This document shows, in pieces, positions 9,301 to 19,815 of a DNA stretch of 64,000 bases (positions are counted from its first letter, which is position 1; each line of letters starts with the position of its first letter). The DNA lies in the NCBI GenBank assembly GCA_039630415.1, contig JBCNVB010000026.1, positions 1 to 64,000 of the forward strand, written 5' to 3'. Origin of the DNA: a bacterium. Lineage in GTDB: Bacteria; DRYD01. The notes beneath the pieces were generated by a model. That model saw only the letters and a list, made by a program, of their open reading frames with translations. It made no database searches and was not told the origin of the DNA. Both the position numbers and the translations under genes were made by a program.

Positions 9301-10071
9301 ATGAATTGGTTTAAAAATTTACTGGCGATAGCTTCCTATACGATTGATTATGAATTTAGAAGATTTTTACCTCATACTATAGTGTTTGGGGGGTTAGTAT
9401 TTGTTGGTGCTAGTTCTACGTTTAATTTCTTCGGTTTAAAGTTTCAGGAAAGAGTTTTTTATGATCTATCTTTGACTTTGATTGGAGTACTTTTGGTAGT
9501 TCTTGCTTTAAGTTTAGGAGTTTCTAATATTTCGCAAGAAATTGAAAGAAGAATAGTATATACTTTCATAAGTAAACCTCTATCTAGGGACCAGTACTTT
9601 ATTGGTAAATTTTTAGGTACCTCTTTCTTCTTATTTTTTGCTTATGTTTTGTTTAGCTTGGAGGTATTTTTTATCGTATATTTTTATACTTCTAAGATGA
9701 AATTCATTGTATTTGCCGCTTTGGGGTTACAGTTAGTAAAGTCCATGATTTTATTAGCCTTTACCATGCTTTTGTCTATTTTTGTTACAGCTCCTATTAC
9801 CATAGCATCAACATTACTCTTTTATGTATTTTGTGAAGCATCGGTACTTTACGTATCTACCATTTCTGAAGGTATCTTTAGAGATATACTTTTATTTATC
9901 AAACTGCTTTTGCCTTATTTTGATTATTTGAATATAAATCAGGGGATTATTTTTGAAAAAGGAGCACCAGTAAATATTTGGTATGTTTTCTTTGCTTTTA
10001 TTTATGGAGTATCCTATCTTATTTTCTTTTTAAGCTTGTCTACTTTGCTATTTAGTAAGAAAGAGTTATGA
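9301..10071 (+). CDS. ABC-2 type transporter permease (PilI/XapB-like)
   Basis: About 6 TM helices; EIERRIVYTFISKPLSRDQYFIGKFLG. Confidence 0.85.
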   Translation: MNWFKNLLAIASYTIDYEFRRFLPHTIVFGGLVFVGASSTFNFFGLKFQERVFYDLSLTLIGVLLVVLALSLGVSNISQEIERRIVYTFISKPLSRDQYFIGKFLGTSFFLFFAYVLFSLEVFFIVYFYTSKMKFIVFAALGLQLVKSMILLAFTMLLSIFVTAPITIASTLLFYVFCEASVLYVSTISEGIFRDILLFIKLLLPYFDYLNINQGIIFEKGAPVNIWYVFFAFIYGVSYLIFFLSLSTLLFSKKEL

Positions 10072-11237
10072 GTTATGTAGAAAAACTCTTTGATAATCAA
10101 ACTACGAGCGTACATATAAAAGAAGATAGCTTTGTTTTGAAGAAAGTTGGTTTACCTGGGAAATGGAAACTGATTCAAGAAGATAAAGTTTTCTCTTCAG
10201 AAGAAATAAAAGCAATTATTCAGGAGATCTTGGAAGCAACAGATTCTATAGTTGAAATAGACAGATCTAACACGAAAGTAGTTCAAATGGGTAAGTATAG
10301 GATAGTAATTGTATTTCCTCCTATAGCTGATAAAACAGAAATAACTATAGTAAAACCTATCAAAAAACTTTCGCTTGAAGATTATTGGAATGAATTTGAC
10401 GAGTATGTTAGGTATGAGCTAATGGATAGGATAGATGGTAAGATTGAGGGATTATTGATAGCTGGTGCACCGGGTCAAGGGAAAACTACTTTTGCACAAG
10501 CACTAACTGAATACTTCGCTAACAACAAAAAAATAGTCAAAACTTTAGAATCACCCCGCGATTTGCACGTCGAAGCAAACATAACCCAATATTCCAAAAA
10601 CTATGCAAGCATATCTGAAATATATGATATACTTCTTTTATCAAGACCAGACTATGTCATATTTGATGAGATGAGAAATGATGAGGATTTTAATCTGTAT
10701 GTAGATTTGAGATTAGCTGGTGTAGGAATGGTTGGTGTAGTTCATTCTACCTCACCCTTCGCTGCCATACAAAGATTCATTCACAGAATAGAACTAGGTA
10801 TTATACCCTCTGTTATCGATACTGTAATATTCCTAGACAAAGGTAAAATATCAAAGATTTTAACACTAAGTATATTAGTCAAGGTTCCGGAAGGTATGGC
10901 GGACCCAGGACTTGCTAGACCAGTAGTTGAAGTAAAAAACTTCATAGATAACACACTAGAATATGAAATCTACACTTTCGGCGAACAAACAATAATCGTA
11001 CCCATAGCTCAAAATAATCAAAAAATCTTAAAAGAAATTACTGAGAAAATAGAACAAAATGTAAAAACTATCCTTGGAAACAAAAAATTCAAAGTAGAAG
11101 TTATTAACTCAAGATATGCTATAATATGGGTATCTGAAAAGCATAAAAGAGACATTATAGGTAGAAAGGGAAGAATTATAAAGGATCTCGAGCAGATCCT
11201 CAACATGAGACTTGAAGTTAAAACTTTTGAAAATTAG
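10068..11237 (+). CDS. PINA-like (archaeal PINc/VapC-family) PilT-type ATPase with C-terminal KH domain, lacking the PIN domain
   Basis: FDNQTTSVHIKE, GLPGKW, GAPGQGKTT, TLESPRDL, LLSRPDYVIFDEMR, DLRLAGVGMVGVVH, YEIYTFGEQ, KH IIGRKGRII. Confidence 0.85.
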   Translation: MSYVEKLFDNQTTSVHIKEDSFVLKKVGLPGKWKLIQEDKVFSSEEIKAIIQEILEATDSIVEIDRSNTKVVQMGKYRIVIVFPPIADKTEITIVKPIKKLSLEDYWNEFDEYVRYELMDRIDGKIEGLLIAGAPGQGKTTFAQALTEYFANNKKIVKTLESPRDLHVEANITQYSKNYASISEIYDILLLSRPDYVIFDEMRNDEDFNLYVDLRLAGVGMVGVVHSTSPFAAIQRFIHRIELGIIPSVIDTVIFLDKGKISKILTLSILVKVPEGMADPGLARPVVEVKNFIDNTLEYEIYTFGEQTIIVPIAQNNQKILKEITEKIEQNVKTILGNKKFKVEVINSRYAIIWVSEKHKRDIIGRKGRIIKDLEQILNMRLEVKTFEN

Positions 11238-11279
11238 GTATACTGGCTTAAGCGGAATAAAATTGGTAGGTGGTGAAGT

Positions 11280-12173
11280 ATGAGATTATTTAAATTTTTT
11301 ATGTTGCTAATAGTTTTATTTATTCTTGGATGTGGTATCGGTTTTGGTATGTTTATGCTACTTGGTAGTGATCAACAAAAGGGAGATTCAGTGGCAGTAA
11401 TAAGGCTTCAAGGTATAATAATAAATCAAGAAGGTAAAGAAGGAACCATAGATAGCAATCAAGTAATATCGGTTTTAGATAGGCTTCATAAGGATAAGAG
11501 ATATAAGGGTATAATTTTGGTTGTGGATAGTCCTGGTGGAATGGCAGCACCTAGTTTAGAAATATGTGAAAAAATTCGTCGTATTAAAAAAGACAAACCT
11601 GTTGTAGTTTATATTGAAAGTTTAGGTGCTTCTGGAGCTTATTACTTTGCTTCAGCAGCTAATTACATAATCTCAAATCCAAAATCCTTAGTAGGAAGCA
11701 TCGGAGTTATTATCTCTGTACCACAAGTACACAAAGCAATGGATAAAATTGGAATACAGATAATAAATATCAAAAGTGGATACTACAAAGATGCTTTTAG
11801 CCCATTTAAACCACTTCAAAAAGATCAACAACAATATCTACAAAACCTAGTTATGGAATACTATTATCAATTTGTTTCTGACATATCAAAAAATAGAAAT
11901 CTAAAGACTCAACAACAGATAAAAGAGTTGTATGAGATATCAGATGGTAGGGTATTTTCTGCTAGAACTGCATTGAAATACGGCTTAATAGACCAAATAG
12001 GTTTCTTCGATGATGCAAAAGATAAAATGAAAGAAATACTTGGAAAAAAAGATATTAAGTTTATAGAGCTGAAACTTTACAAAAAAACTCCCTTAGACAG
12101 ATTATTAGGAACAAATTTGATGAAAGAAGTTTACCCTAGGATTAAGTATGGTGTTTGGATGATTGCTTACTGA
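11280..12173 (+). CDS. sppA: Signal peptide peptidase SppA (S49, short form)
   Basis: DSPGG, GASGAYY, GSIGV, SGYYKD, DGRVF; N-terminal TM. Confidence 0.92.
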   Translation: MRLFKFFMLLIVLFILGCGIGFGMFMLLGSDQQKGDSVAVIRLQGIIINQEGKEGTIDSNQVISVLDRLHKDKRYKGIILVVDSPGGMAAPSLEICEKIRRIKKDKPVVVYIESLGASGAYYFASAANYIISNPKSLVGSIGVIISVPQVHKAMDKIGIQIINIKSGYYKDAFSPFKPLQKDQQQYLQNLVMEYYYQFVSDISKNRNLKTQQQIKELYEISDGRVFSARTALKYGLIDQIGFFDDAKDKMKEILGKKDIKFIELKLYKKTPLDRLLGTNLMKEVYPRIKYGVWMIAY

Positions 12174-13149
12174 TGGATAACCAGTACTCTTTAAGAGACA
12201 TGTAGGTTTGGTACAGATTTTGTTTAAGATTGTTTGATGGATTATAAGATAGAAGGGATTTGGCTTTGGATATGTCTGCCCATGTAATTTGTGGTTCGTA
12301 GCTTTCATACTTACCCACTATTACTTTAGTTTCCTTTTGCAGAACTTCGAATATCATGTTAACAAGATCTACTACTTTTATGGGGTTATCACTCCCTATG
12401 TTGATTATTTCGAAGATTTTATGGTTTAGTAGATCCTTAGCTTTGAAAGTGGCTTTTGATGCATCTTCAACAAATGTAAAATCTCTGCTTATGTCTTTCC
12501 CTCTTATAACTATAGGTTTTTGGTTTATTGTATTCCACATGAATTTGTAAACTGCCATATCTGGTCTATTGTATGGTCCATATACTGTGAAGTATCTTAA
12601 AACAACAATACTAAAATTGTGAACTAGATGAAAATATTTGGCTATGTTTTCCGAGCAGAATTTAGTGTAAGCATAGGGGGAAAGAAAGTGATTTATGTAG
12701 CTTTCTTCTTTGTATGGTAGTGGATTACCTGAATACACTGATGAGGTAGATGCTATGATTAGTTTTTTATTAATGTTATTGTTGTTTTTAATAAATTCCA
12801 GTAAATTTTGAGTTGCTATGATGTTATTTTTGATATATTTTTGTGGATGTTTTAAACTATACTTAACTGAAGGATAAGCTGCAAGATGAACTACTAAATC
12901 AATCCCATTTTTTATTATCTTTTTTACAAAGTCTTGAAGATGTTCTAGTTGAGATTTATAGGATATATCTATTTCAAGATGAATATAGTTCGGAAAGGTT
13001 TGTAGTTTTGAAAGTCTGTATCTTTTTAGAGTTGGAGTATAGAAATTATTTAAATTATCTACCCCGAGAACTGTATAGTTTTGTTTTAGAAATTCGAGTG
13101 TTACGAAGTATCCAATAAACCCGCAAGAACCTGTTATCAATATATTCAT
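12142..13149 (-). CDS. NAD-dependent sugar epimerase/dehydratase (UDP-glucuronate 4-epimerase-like)
   Basis: TGSCGFIG, HLAA, ASTSSVY, YAYTK, LRYFTVYGP, RPDMA. Confidence 0.92.
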   Translation of the reverse strand: MNILITGSCGFIGYFVTLEFLKQNYTVLGVDNLNNFYTPTLKRYRLSKLQTFPNYIHLEIDISYKSQLEHLQDFVKKIIKNGIDLVVHLAAYPSVKYSLKHPQKYIKNNIIATQNLLEFIKNNNNINKKLIIASTSSVYSGNPLPYKEESYINHFLSPYAYTKFCSENIAKYFHLVHNFSIVVLRYFTVYGPYNRPDMAVYKFMWNTINQKPIVIRGKDISRDFTFVEDASKATFKAKDLLNHKIFEIINIGSDNPIKVVDLVNMIFEVLQKETKVIVGKYESYEPQITWADISKAKSLLSYNPSNNLKQNLYQTYMSLKEYWLSISKQSSKHHT

Positions 13150-13242
13150 AAGTTTAAGCTTCTACGTCAAAATAAATTTATCCTGTAGTAAAGGTTGGGT
13201 AAATCATGTATAGAAGTAATATTAAAGGAGGAGGTGGGAAGA

Positions 13243-14100
13243 ATGCAAACAAAATCGGCTAATGAAGTACTCGTTTCAACTGATTGGGTTATGGAAAATT
13301 TGAACAATCCAAATGTAAGATTGGTAGAAGTTAACGAAGATGTGCTTTTGTACGACACTGGGCATATTCCAGGAGCTGTAAAGATAGATTGGCATACTGA
13401 GCTGAATGATCCTATTACCCGTGATTTTGTTGATGAGCAAAGATTTTCTGAAGTATGCTCGAGTAAAGGTATATCTAATGATACAGTAGTAGTTTTCTAT
13501 GGGGATAAGAATAATTGGTGGGCATGCTATGCTTTTTGGGTATTTAAGCTTTTTGGACATGAAGAATGTAGGATAATGGATGGAGGACGAAAAAAATGGA
13601 TAGCAGAAAATAAACCACTAGCAAAAGAAGTACCTTCATATCCAAGAACGAACTACAAAGCCAAGCCTAGAGATGATTCAAAAATAAGAGCTTTCAGAGA
13701 TGAAATACTTTCCCTATATAAAAGTGGTAAGTTAGGTGTTGATGTTAAGTTAGTCGACGTTAGAAGTCCACAAGAATATACCGGGGAACTAATACATATG
13801 CCAGACTATCCTCAAGAGGGAGCACTTAGAGGAGGACATATTCCTACAGCCATTAGTATACCCTGGGGCAAAAATGTAAATGAAGATGGAACCTTCAAAA
13901 GTGTTGAAGAACTTAGAAAAATGTATGAAGAATTGGGAATAACTCCTGACAAAAATATAATAGCTTACTGTAGAATAGGTGAAAGATCTTCACTTACCTG
14001 GTTTGTGTTGAAGTATTTGCTAGGATATCCGAATGTAAAGAATTATGATGGTTCATGGACAGAATGGGGGAATTCGGTAAGAGTACCTATTGAAAGGTGA
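13243..14100 (+). CDS. Tandem-domain rhodanese sulfurtransferase (SseA/CysA type)
   Basis: [37 protein letters not shown] before ATG 13243. Confidence 0.95.
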   Translation: MQTKSANEVLVSTDWVMENLNNPNVRLVEVNEDVLLYDTGHIPGAVKIDWHTELNDPITRDFVDEQRFSEVCSSKGISNDTVVVFYGDKNNWWACYAFWVFKLFGHEECRIMDGGRKKWIAENKPLAKEVPSYPRTNYKAKPRDDSKIRAFRDEILSLYKSGKLGVDVKLVDVRSPQEYTGELIHMPDYPQEGALRGGHIPTAISIPWGKNVNEDGTFKSVEELRKMYEELGITPDKNIIAYCRIGERSSLTWFVLKYLLGYPNVKNYDGSWTEWGNSVRVPIER

Positions 14101-14948
14101 TTAGAAAAAAAATATCTGAAATAACTCGGGAGGATATTGAGAATATTTTAGTTTGGGATAGGGAGGGGGATGAACTATCCCCCTTCTTTTTTGATCCTAA
14201 TCAAGAAACTCTTGTACCACTATATCATGACGTTATTCCCGCTGACTTGTACGTAAGAGCTAAATTGATTTATCAAAACCATGAATATCTTTCAATCGCA
14301 AGATACTCAAATGATATTTTCTATCAAAATAATGATTTTGAAGCTCTGGATATATGGTTTTGGGATAAAGGTTTACAAAGATTATTACCTTCTAAAAAAC
14401 CAAGTAGGTTATCAATTAATTTGAAAACATACCCTTACTTCAACGATTATCTAATATTCAGTTTTGAGAAAAGTGATTTAGAAATGATTGGGGTACTATT
14501 TTTGAAGGTTTTTACGGAGTTAGTGGATTTAAAGGGATATTTAAATGTATTGTTTACAGGTGTGTGGGGGAGTGGAAAAACCACATTAATAAGCTCTTTT
14601 ATCAAAACTAACAGCCCCTCTTTTGCAATAATGAACTCCACAAAGATAGGTAAATACACTTTTAACCATTGGGATTTATATAGAATAGAACCTACACAAG
14701 AAAATCTAAAAACCATTGATTTTTGGGAGTACTTAAGTTCAGATAAAACTATAAATCTTATAGAATGGGCAAATAAAGTAAAGCTTGAAAATTTTATAAA
14801 TAATGCAGAGAATATAATTTGTATAAATTTAATACCCTATAATCATGAGAATTCAAGAATTGCTGTTGTATCTTCCATTCCAGAATTTATTGAAAAACTA
14901 GTTCAACATTATATCTTGTTATTAAGGAATTTGAAAAATTTTGAATAA
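14097..14948 (+). CDS. tsaE: TsaE (t6A biosynthesis ATPase) with an N-terminal extension of about 120 aa
   Basis: [24 protein letters not shown] and IEWA in the C-terminal half. Confidence 0.8.
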   Translation: MIRKKISEITREDIENILVWDREGDELSPFFFDPNQETLVPLYHDVIPADLYVRAKLIYQNHEYLSIARYSNDIFYQNNDFEALDIWFWDKGLQRLLPSKKPSRLSINLKTYPYFNDYLIFSFEKSDLEMIGVLFLKVFTELVDLKGYLNVLFTGVWGSGKTTLISSFIKTNSPSFAIMNSTKIGKYTFNHWDLYRIEPTQENLKTIDFWEYLSSDKTINLIEWANKVKLENFINNAENIICINLIPYNHENSRIAVVSSIPEFIEKLVQHYILLLRNLKNFE

Positions 14949-14983
14949 TTTTTATTAGGAGGGCGAGAAAAGGGGGGTAGTAA

Positions 14984-16498
14984 ATGCAAGGTAAAGTAAA
15001 GTTTGTAAGTTTTTATGTTTGGATATTTCTGTGTATAATAGGTGCGATATTTATAATGGTAGCGTGTGGTGGTGGAGGTGGTGGAGGTGGCATTATAGGT
15101 GGTGGAGATGGAGGAGGGGGAGGAGGAGGGGGAGGAGGGCAATCATCTAGCATTAACTTTCAAATAAATTCAACTCAGGGAGCTTGGATCATAATCTCAA
15201 TAAAACAAAATTCAATACAAACTAGTCAGTACTCCTTTGATTTCTCCAATCCTAACCCTAACATACTTGCAAATATATCTGATCCAGATAATAATGAATC
15301 TCAATTTTACGGATGTGGATTTAGACCTACACGTAAGAGTGGCAACCAAAATATTCTATACTCTCAAACACCTCCAAATTTTGATGAGGAGAGAAATTTT
15401 ACCGTAAATAAGAACATGCCTAATGAAGCACAAGTTATAGCTAAATGCCGTTACATAAGTAGTAATCCTGATTTTGCTATATGGGTAGATCTGCAAGATT
15501 TTAACTTGGGCTATGTTAATCAAACTATGATAAACTCTTTGGGTGCAAGATTTATTAACGACTATCAGACTTTAGTAAACAGGCTTGGTTATACACCTCC
15601 TTTTTATGTGGATATTTTAATAACTCGTAAGGTTGATGATCAACCAAACCCCAGAATTATAGGATATTTTTATGCTGCAGAAGATATCGAAAGAATTAAT
15701 GTGCATCCAGCAACATTCTACATGGTTTATCAGGGACAGAATGGGCAATATAATGAGGCTCATGTAACTACAGTTCATGAGTTTGTTCATTTGTTGTCCT
15801 ACCATGCAAGTTCTGTAGGAAACAAAGAAGTTTGGATAGAAGAAGGATTATCCACTTACGGTGAAGAAATATGTGGGTACCTTAGTGGTGTAAGAAATAG
15901 AAGCATAATACAATTTCTTTCTTCACCTCATCAAACTCCTCTTGTTGTTGATCATCAAACAATAGAGGTTAGAAACTATGGAAAAAGTTATCTATTTGTC
16001 AAAAATCTGGAGCAAAGATTTAATAATGCATGGAGAAATATGATGAGATCATCAGTAGATGGAATAAATATGATAGAAAACATAAATGGAAATGAAGATT
16101 TTATGACAACTGTAGAAGTATTTAACACTGCAGTAATCCTGGATATACAAAATCACCCTCATTTTGGTTTTGATGGTATAGATCTAAATTCAATCGATAG
16201 GAACCAGGATGGAATCGGAAATGATAAGGGTGTTTTTAAGTTTGATGAAGTTGACAATAATGGTTTTAAGGACAGAACACTAAGACAAATGCAAAACTTC
16301 GATATAATAGAACGTTATACTTCATTTTATATATATCGAACTTCTGCACCATTCTCTGGAATGGTAACTCTCGATGTTTTTGCTAATATTTCTCTAACGA
16401 ATCTAAACACAAATTTTTCACCATTTAATACGCTGGCTAACTATACTTTTACAAGAATAGATAGTCCACCTGCTGTCATTACGGTGGTATACAGATAA
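14984..16498 (+). CDS. Lipoprotein with poly-Gly linker and gluzincin-type metallopeptidase domain
   Basis: Lipobox MVAC, Gly tract, HEFVH followed by WIEEGLS. Confidence 0.75.
   Translation: MQGKVKFVSFYVWIFLCIIGAIFIMVACGGGGGGGGIIGGGDGGGGGGGGGGQSSSINFQINSTQGAWIIISIKQNSIQTSQYSFDFSNPNPNILANISDPDNNESQFYGCGFRPTRKSGNQNILYSQTPPNFDEERNFTVNKNMPNEAQVIAKCRYISSNPDFAIWVDLQDFNLGYVNQTMINSLGARFINDYQTLVNRLGYTPPFYVDILITRKVDDQPNPRIIGYFYAAEDIERINVHPATFYMVYQGQNGQYNEAHVTTVHEFVHLLSYHASSVGNKEVWIEEGLSTYGEEICGYLSGVRNRSIIQFLSSPHQTPLVVDHQTIEVRNYGKSYLFVKNLEQRFNNAWRNMMRSSVDGINMIENINGNEDFMTTVEVFNTAVILDIQNHPHFGFDGIDLNSIDRNQDGIGNDKGVFKFDEVDNNGFKDRTLRQMQNFDIIERYTSFYIYRTSAPFSGMVTLDVFANISLTNLNTNFSPFNTLANYTFTRIDSPPAVITVVYR
15068..15139 (+). 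repeat. GGN-codon low-complexity tract encoding a poly-Gly linker
   Basis: ggtggtggaggtggtggaggtggc...ggaggagggggaggaggagggggaggaggg. Confidence 0.85.
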
Positions 16499-18225
16499 TG
16501 CTTAACATAAAAAGAAAACTAATAGGTGAAGCACTAATAGAAAAGGGGCTTATAACAAGAGAAATTCTCAACAAAGCCCTGGATTATCAAAAAAATGAAC
16601 AACCCAACAAGAGGATAGGGGAAATTTTAATAGAGCAAGGCTACATATGCGAAAAAGATCTAGCCCTTGCTTTGGCAGAATCACTAAATATTCAGTTTGT
16701 AGATCTACTAGCAACGGACATTGATGAGGAACTAATCAAAAACATACCTATTAGAATTTTAAAAGATTATAAATTCATCCCGATATCTAAAGATTCATAT
16801 GGTGTGATATTAATAGGCATGGTAGATCCATTAGACACAGAAGCAATAAACATAGCTAGGGAATATCTAAACACAATAAATGTTGATATAGCTATAGTCA
16901 CTCCAAATGCTTTTGAAAAAACTATTTTGGATATAGAGCATAAGATAATTGTAAATACAGCACTTAGCGAAATAACTCTGGAAGTTACTAAGGAAGCAGA
17001 AGAATTGATAAGCTCAATAAACTTAGATGAAGCTGAAGCTCAACCAGGAATAATCAGACTTGTTGAGGGTATTTTTAAACAAGCAATAACCTACAGAGCT
17101 ACTGATATACATATAGAACCAACAAACAACATTGTTAAAGTGAGATATAGAATAGATGGAGTTTTGTACAGAGGGTTTGAATATCCACTTGAAAAACATC
17201 CCGAAGTGGTAAGTAGAATAAAAATAATAGCTCTATTGGATATAACTGAGCATAGGTTACCTCAAGAGGGCAGTATAACCGTAACTACTAGAAACTCGGA
17301 GTACGATCTGAGAGTATCAACTTTACCCTCAAGATATGGAGAAAAGGTTGTAGTAAGAATTTTAGATAAAAGGCAAACTATAATGGATATACACAATTTA
17401 GGTTTTAGTAGGGAGAATATAAATAAGATAGATCTAATTATAAGCAGGCCTTACGGTTTTGTAGTTGTGTCTGGGCCAACTGGAGCAGGTAAAACTACTA
17501 CCTTGTTCTCTATGCTAAAAAAAATGGATTTAAGTTTAAAAAATGTAGTAACAATAGAAGATCCCATAGAGTATCAATTAGAGGGGATAACTCAAACTCA
17601 AGTTAATGAAAGGGTTGGTTTTACGTTCGATAATGCACTAAAATATATCCTCAGGCAAGACCCAGATGTTATCCTCGTTGGAGAAATAAGAGATGAAGAA
17701 ACTCTAAGAATATCTATACAAGCTTCCTTAACAGGACACATGGTATTATCTACTATACACGCTAATGATGCAATATCAACTATTATCAGAATGAAAGAAA
17801 TGAACGTAAATCAAGAATATCTTTTTTCATCATTAATAGGTGTTATAAATCAAAGGCTGGTTAGAGTATTATGTAATTATTGTAAAAAACCTGAGAAAAT
17901 TTCATCAAAAAAAATTGTAGATACTTTAACTAGATTTAATGAAAAAGATAGCGAATTGATACAGGATTTGGATTCTGAAATTACAGTATATTTTCCAACT
18001 GGGTGTCCAATTTGTAACTGGTCTGGTTACTTTGGAAGAACTAGCATTACTGAAATCATTATATTCGATGATTTTGTCAAAAATTTGATTCTCGAAAACA
18101 ATCCACACCACAAAATCAAACATATTCTTAGAAAAGAAAAGAAACAAAACTTCTTAATAAATGATGCTGTCTCAAAGATTCTTAATGGAATAACGAGTAT
18201 ACAAGAGATTGTAAGGGTAGTATAG
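16498..18225 (+). CDS. pilB: Type IV pilus/T2SS assembly ATPase (PilB/GspE)
   Basis: MshEN-like N-terminus (LIGEALIEKGLI, RIGEILIEQG), TDIHIEP, GPTGAGKTT, LRQDPDVILVGEIRD, two CxxC. Confidence 0.93.
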   Translation: MLNIKRKLIGEALIEKGLITREILNKALDYQKNEQPNKRIGEILIEQGYICEKDLALALAESLNIQFVDLLATDIDEELIKNIPIRILKDYKFIPISKDSYGVILIGMVDPLDTEAINIAREYLNTINVDIAIVTPNAFEKTILDIEHKIIVNTALSEITLEVTKEAEELISSINLDEAEAQPGIIRLVEGIFKQAITYRATDIHIEPTNNIVKVRYRIDGVLYRGFEYPLEKHPEVVSRIKIIALLDITEHRLPQEGSITVTTRNSEYDLRVSTLPSRYGEKVVVRILDKRQTIMDIHNLGFSRENINKIDLIISRPYGFVVVSGPTGAGKTTTLFSMLKKMDLSLKNVVTIEDPIEYQLEGITQTQVNERVGFTFDNALKYILRQDPDVILVGEIRDEETLRISIQASLTGHMVLSTIHANDAISTIIRMKEMNVNQEYLFSSLIGVINQRLVRVLCNYCKKPEKISSKKIVDTLTRFNEKDSELIQDLDSEITVYFPTGCPICNWSGYFGRTSITEIIIFDDFVKNLILENNPHHKIKHILRKEKKQNFLINDAVSKILNGITSIQEIVRVV

Positions 18226-18234
18226 GTAAAAAAC

Positions 18235-19791
18235 ATGCTGATACTAAAGAATGCTTACATATTAACTGGAGAAAAGGGCTCTGAAATTAGAAAAGGATCA
18301 ATAGTAATTGAAAAGGACATTATAAAGGATGTTATTTATCATGATTTAGAAAACCCTGATCCAAGTTATCAGGTGATAGATCTAGATGGGTTGTATCTTG
18401 GTCCAGGTTTTATAGATGTTCACAGTCATAGTGATTTGACAATTTTTTGTCATCCCGAATCTGAAAGTGCTTTATCTCAAGGAGTAACTACAATAATATC
18501 TGGTAATTGTGGTTTTTCTGTTTGCCCTGCTAATAAAACAAAAAAGGAAATTCTAAAAGAAGCAAGTGCTTATGGCATAACGAACATACCTTGGAAAACT
18601 ATAAACGAGTACTTCAAACATTTGGAGAATACACAGATAGGTATTAACTTTGGTTATCTAGTTGGTCATGGGCAAATAAGGGCGGAAGTAGTGGGATACT
18701 CAAACATCAAAATTACGGAAGACCATCTAAAGCAGATGAGTTATGAATTGGAAAAAGCGTTAGATGATGGTGCGGTTGGACTTTCACTTGGACTAATATA
18801 TATCCCAGGAAGATTTGCCAGTATGGATGAACTAGTGCAACTCGCCAAAATAGTTAAATCCAAAAATAAGATAGTTACAAACCATATGAGGTCAGAAAGT
18901 AGTCATTTAATTGAGGCTATAGAGGAAAGTATAGAGATATCCCAAAGGACGGGGGTAAATTTTCAGATATCTCATTTAAAAGCTGCTGGAGTTGGAAAAG
19001 GTAAAGCTCAATCTGCTTGCCATTTAATAGAAAAAGCTATAGAAAAAGGTATAAATGTAGCAGCTGATCAATATCCCTACAATGCCTCAAACACTGGGCT
19101 TTCTCAAGTTTTACCACCACACTATCTCGAAGGTTCTATTGATCAAATAATAAAGAAAGTAACTCAAAATCCTGAAAATATTGCCCAAGAAATAGAAAAA
19201 TATCCTCATACACCCTGGGATCAAATTATAATATCGGAGGCTTATAATCCAAAGCTAACAAAATACCTGGGTATGTCAATAAAACAGATTGCACAGGATA
19301 TGCGTTTACCAGAAGCTATGACTGTTTTGAAACTACTTGAAATAGAAAATTACGATTTGGGAGCCATATATTTTCTAATGGATCAGCAAGAGGTAGATTA
19401 TATAGCTTGTCAAAATTTTGTAATGGTGGCTAGTGACAGTGCAGTTAGAAACACAAACTCTCCTTCTTTCCCTCATCCCAGAACCTTTGGAACTTATACC
19501 AAATTTATCTCCTACTACGTAAAAGAAAGGGAATTGTTAACTCTATCCGAAGCTATTCATAAAATGACTCTTATGCCTGCTACAAAGTTTAACATACCAA
19601 AAAGAGGAAAAATACAAAAAGGTTATTTCGCAGATATAGTGGTGTTTAATCTGGAGAAAGTTAAAGATAATGCTACCTATACAAGTCCTAAAAATTTATC
19701 TGACGGTGTGGAAATGGTTTTTGTTAACGGTGTTTTGTCTTACAAAGATAAACGAGTTATCAATAAAAGCGGAAAAGTTTTGAGATTATAG
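18235..19791 (+). CDS. N-acyl-D-amino-acid deacylase (D-aminoacylase)
   Basis: PGFIDVHSHSD, GNCGFS, HMRSE, SHLK, HPRTFGT, ADIVVF. Confidence 0.9.
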   Translation: MLILKNAYILTGEKGSEIRKGSIVIEKDIIKDVIYHDLENPDPSYQVIDLDGLYLGPGFIDVHSHSDLTIFCHPESESALSQGVTTIISGNCGFSVCPANKTKKEILKEASAYGITNIPWKTINEYFKHLENTQIGINFGYLVGHGQIRAEVVGYSNIKITEDHLKQMSYELEKALDDGAVGLSLGLIYIPGRFASMDELVQLAKIVKSKNKIVTNHMRSESSHLIEAIEESIEISQRTGVNFQISHLKAAGVGKGKAQSACHLIEKAIEKGINVAADQYPYNASNTGLSQVLPPHYLEGSIDQIIKKVTQNPENIAQEIEKYPHTPWDQIIISEAYNPKLTKYLGMSIKQIAQDMRLPEAMTVLKLLEIENYDLGAIYFLMDQQEVDYIACQNFVMVASDSAVRNTNSPSFPHPRTFGTYTKFISYYVKERELLTLSEAIHKMTLMPATKFNIPKRGKIQKGYFADIVVFNLEKVKDNATYTSPKNLSDGVEMVFVNGVLSYKDKRVINKSGKVLRL

Positions 19792-19815
19792 GGTTTAGGG
19801 GGAGGAGTTTTTAGG

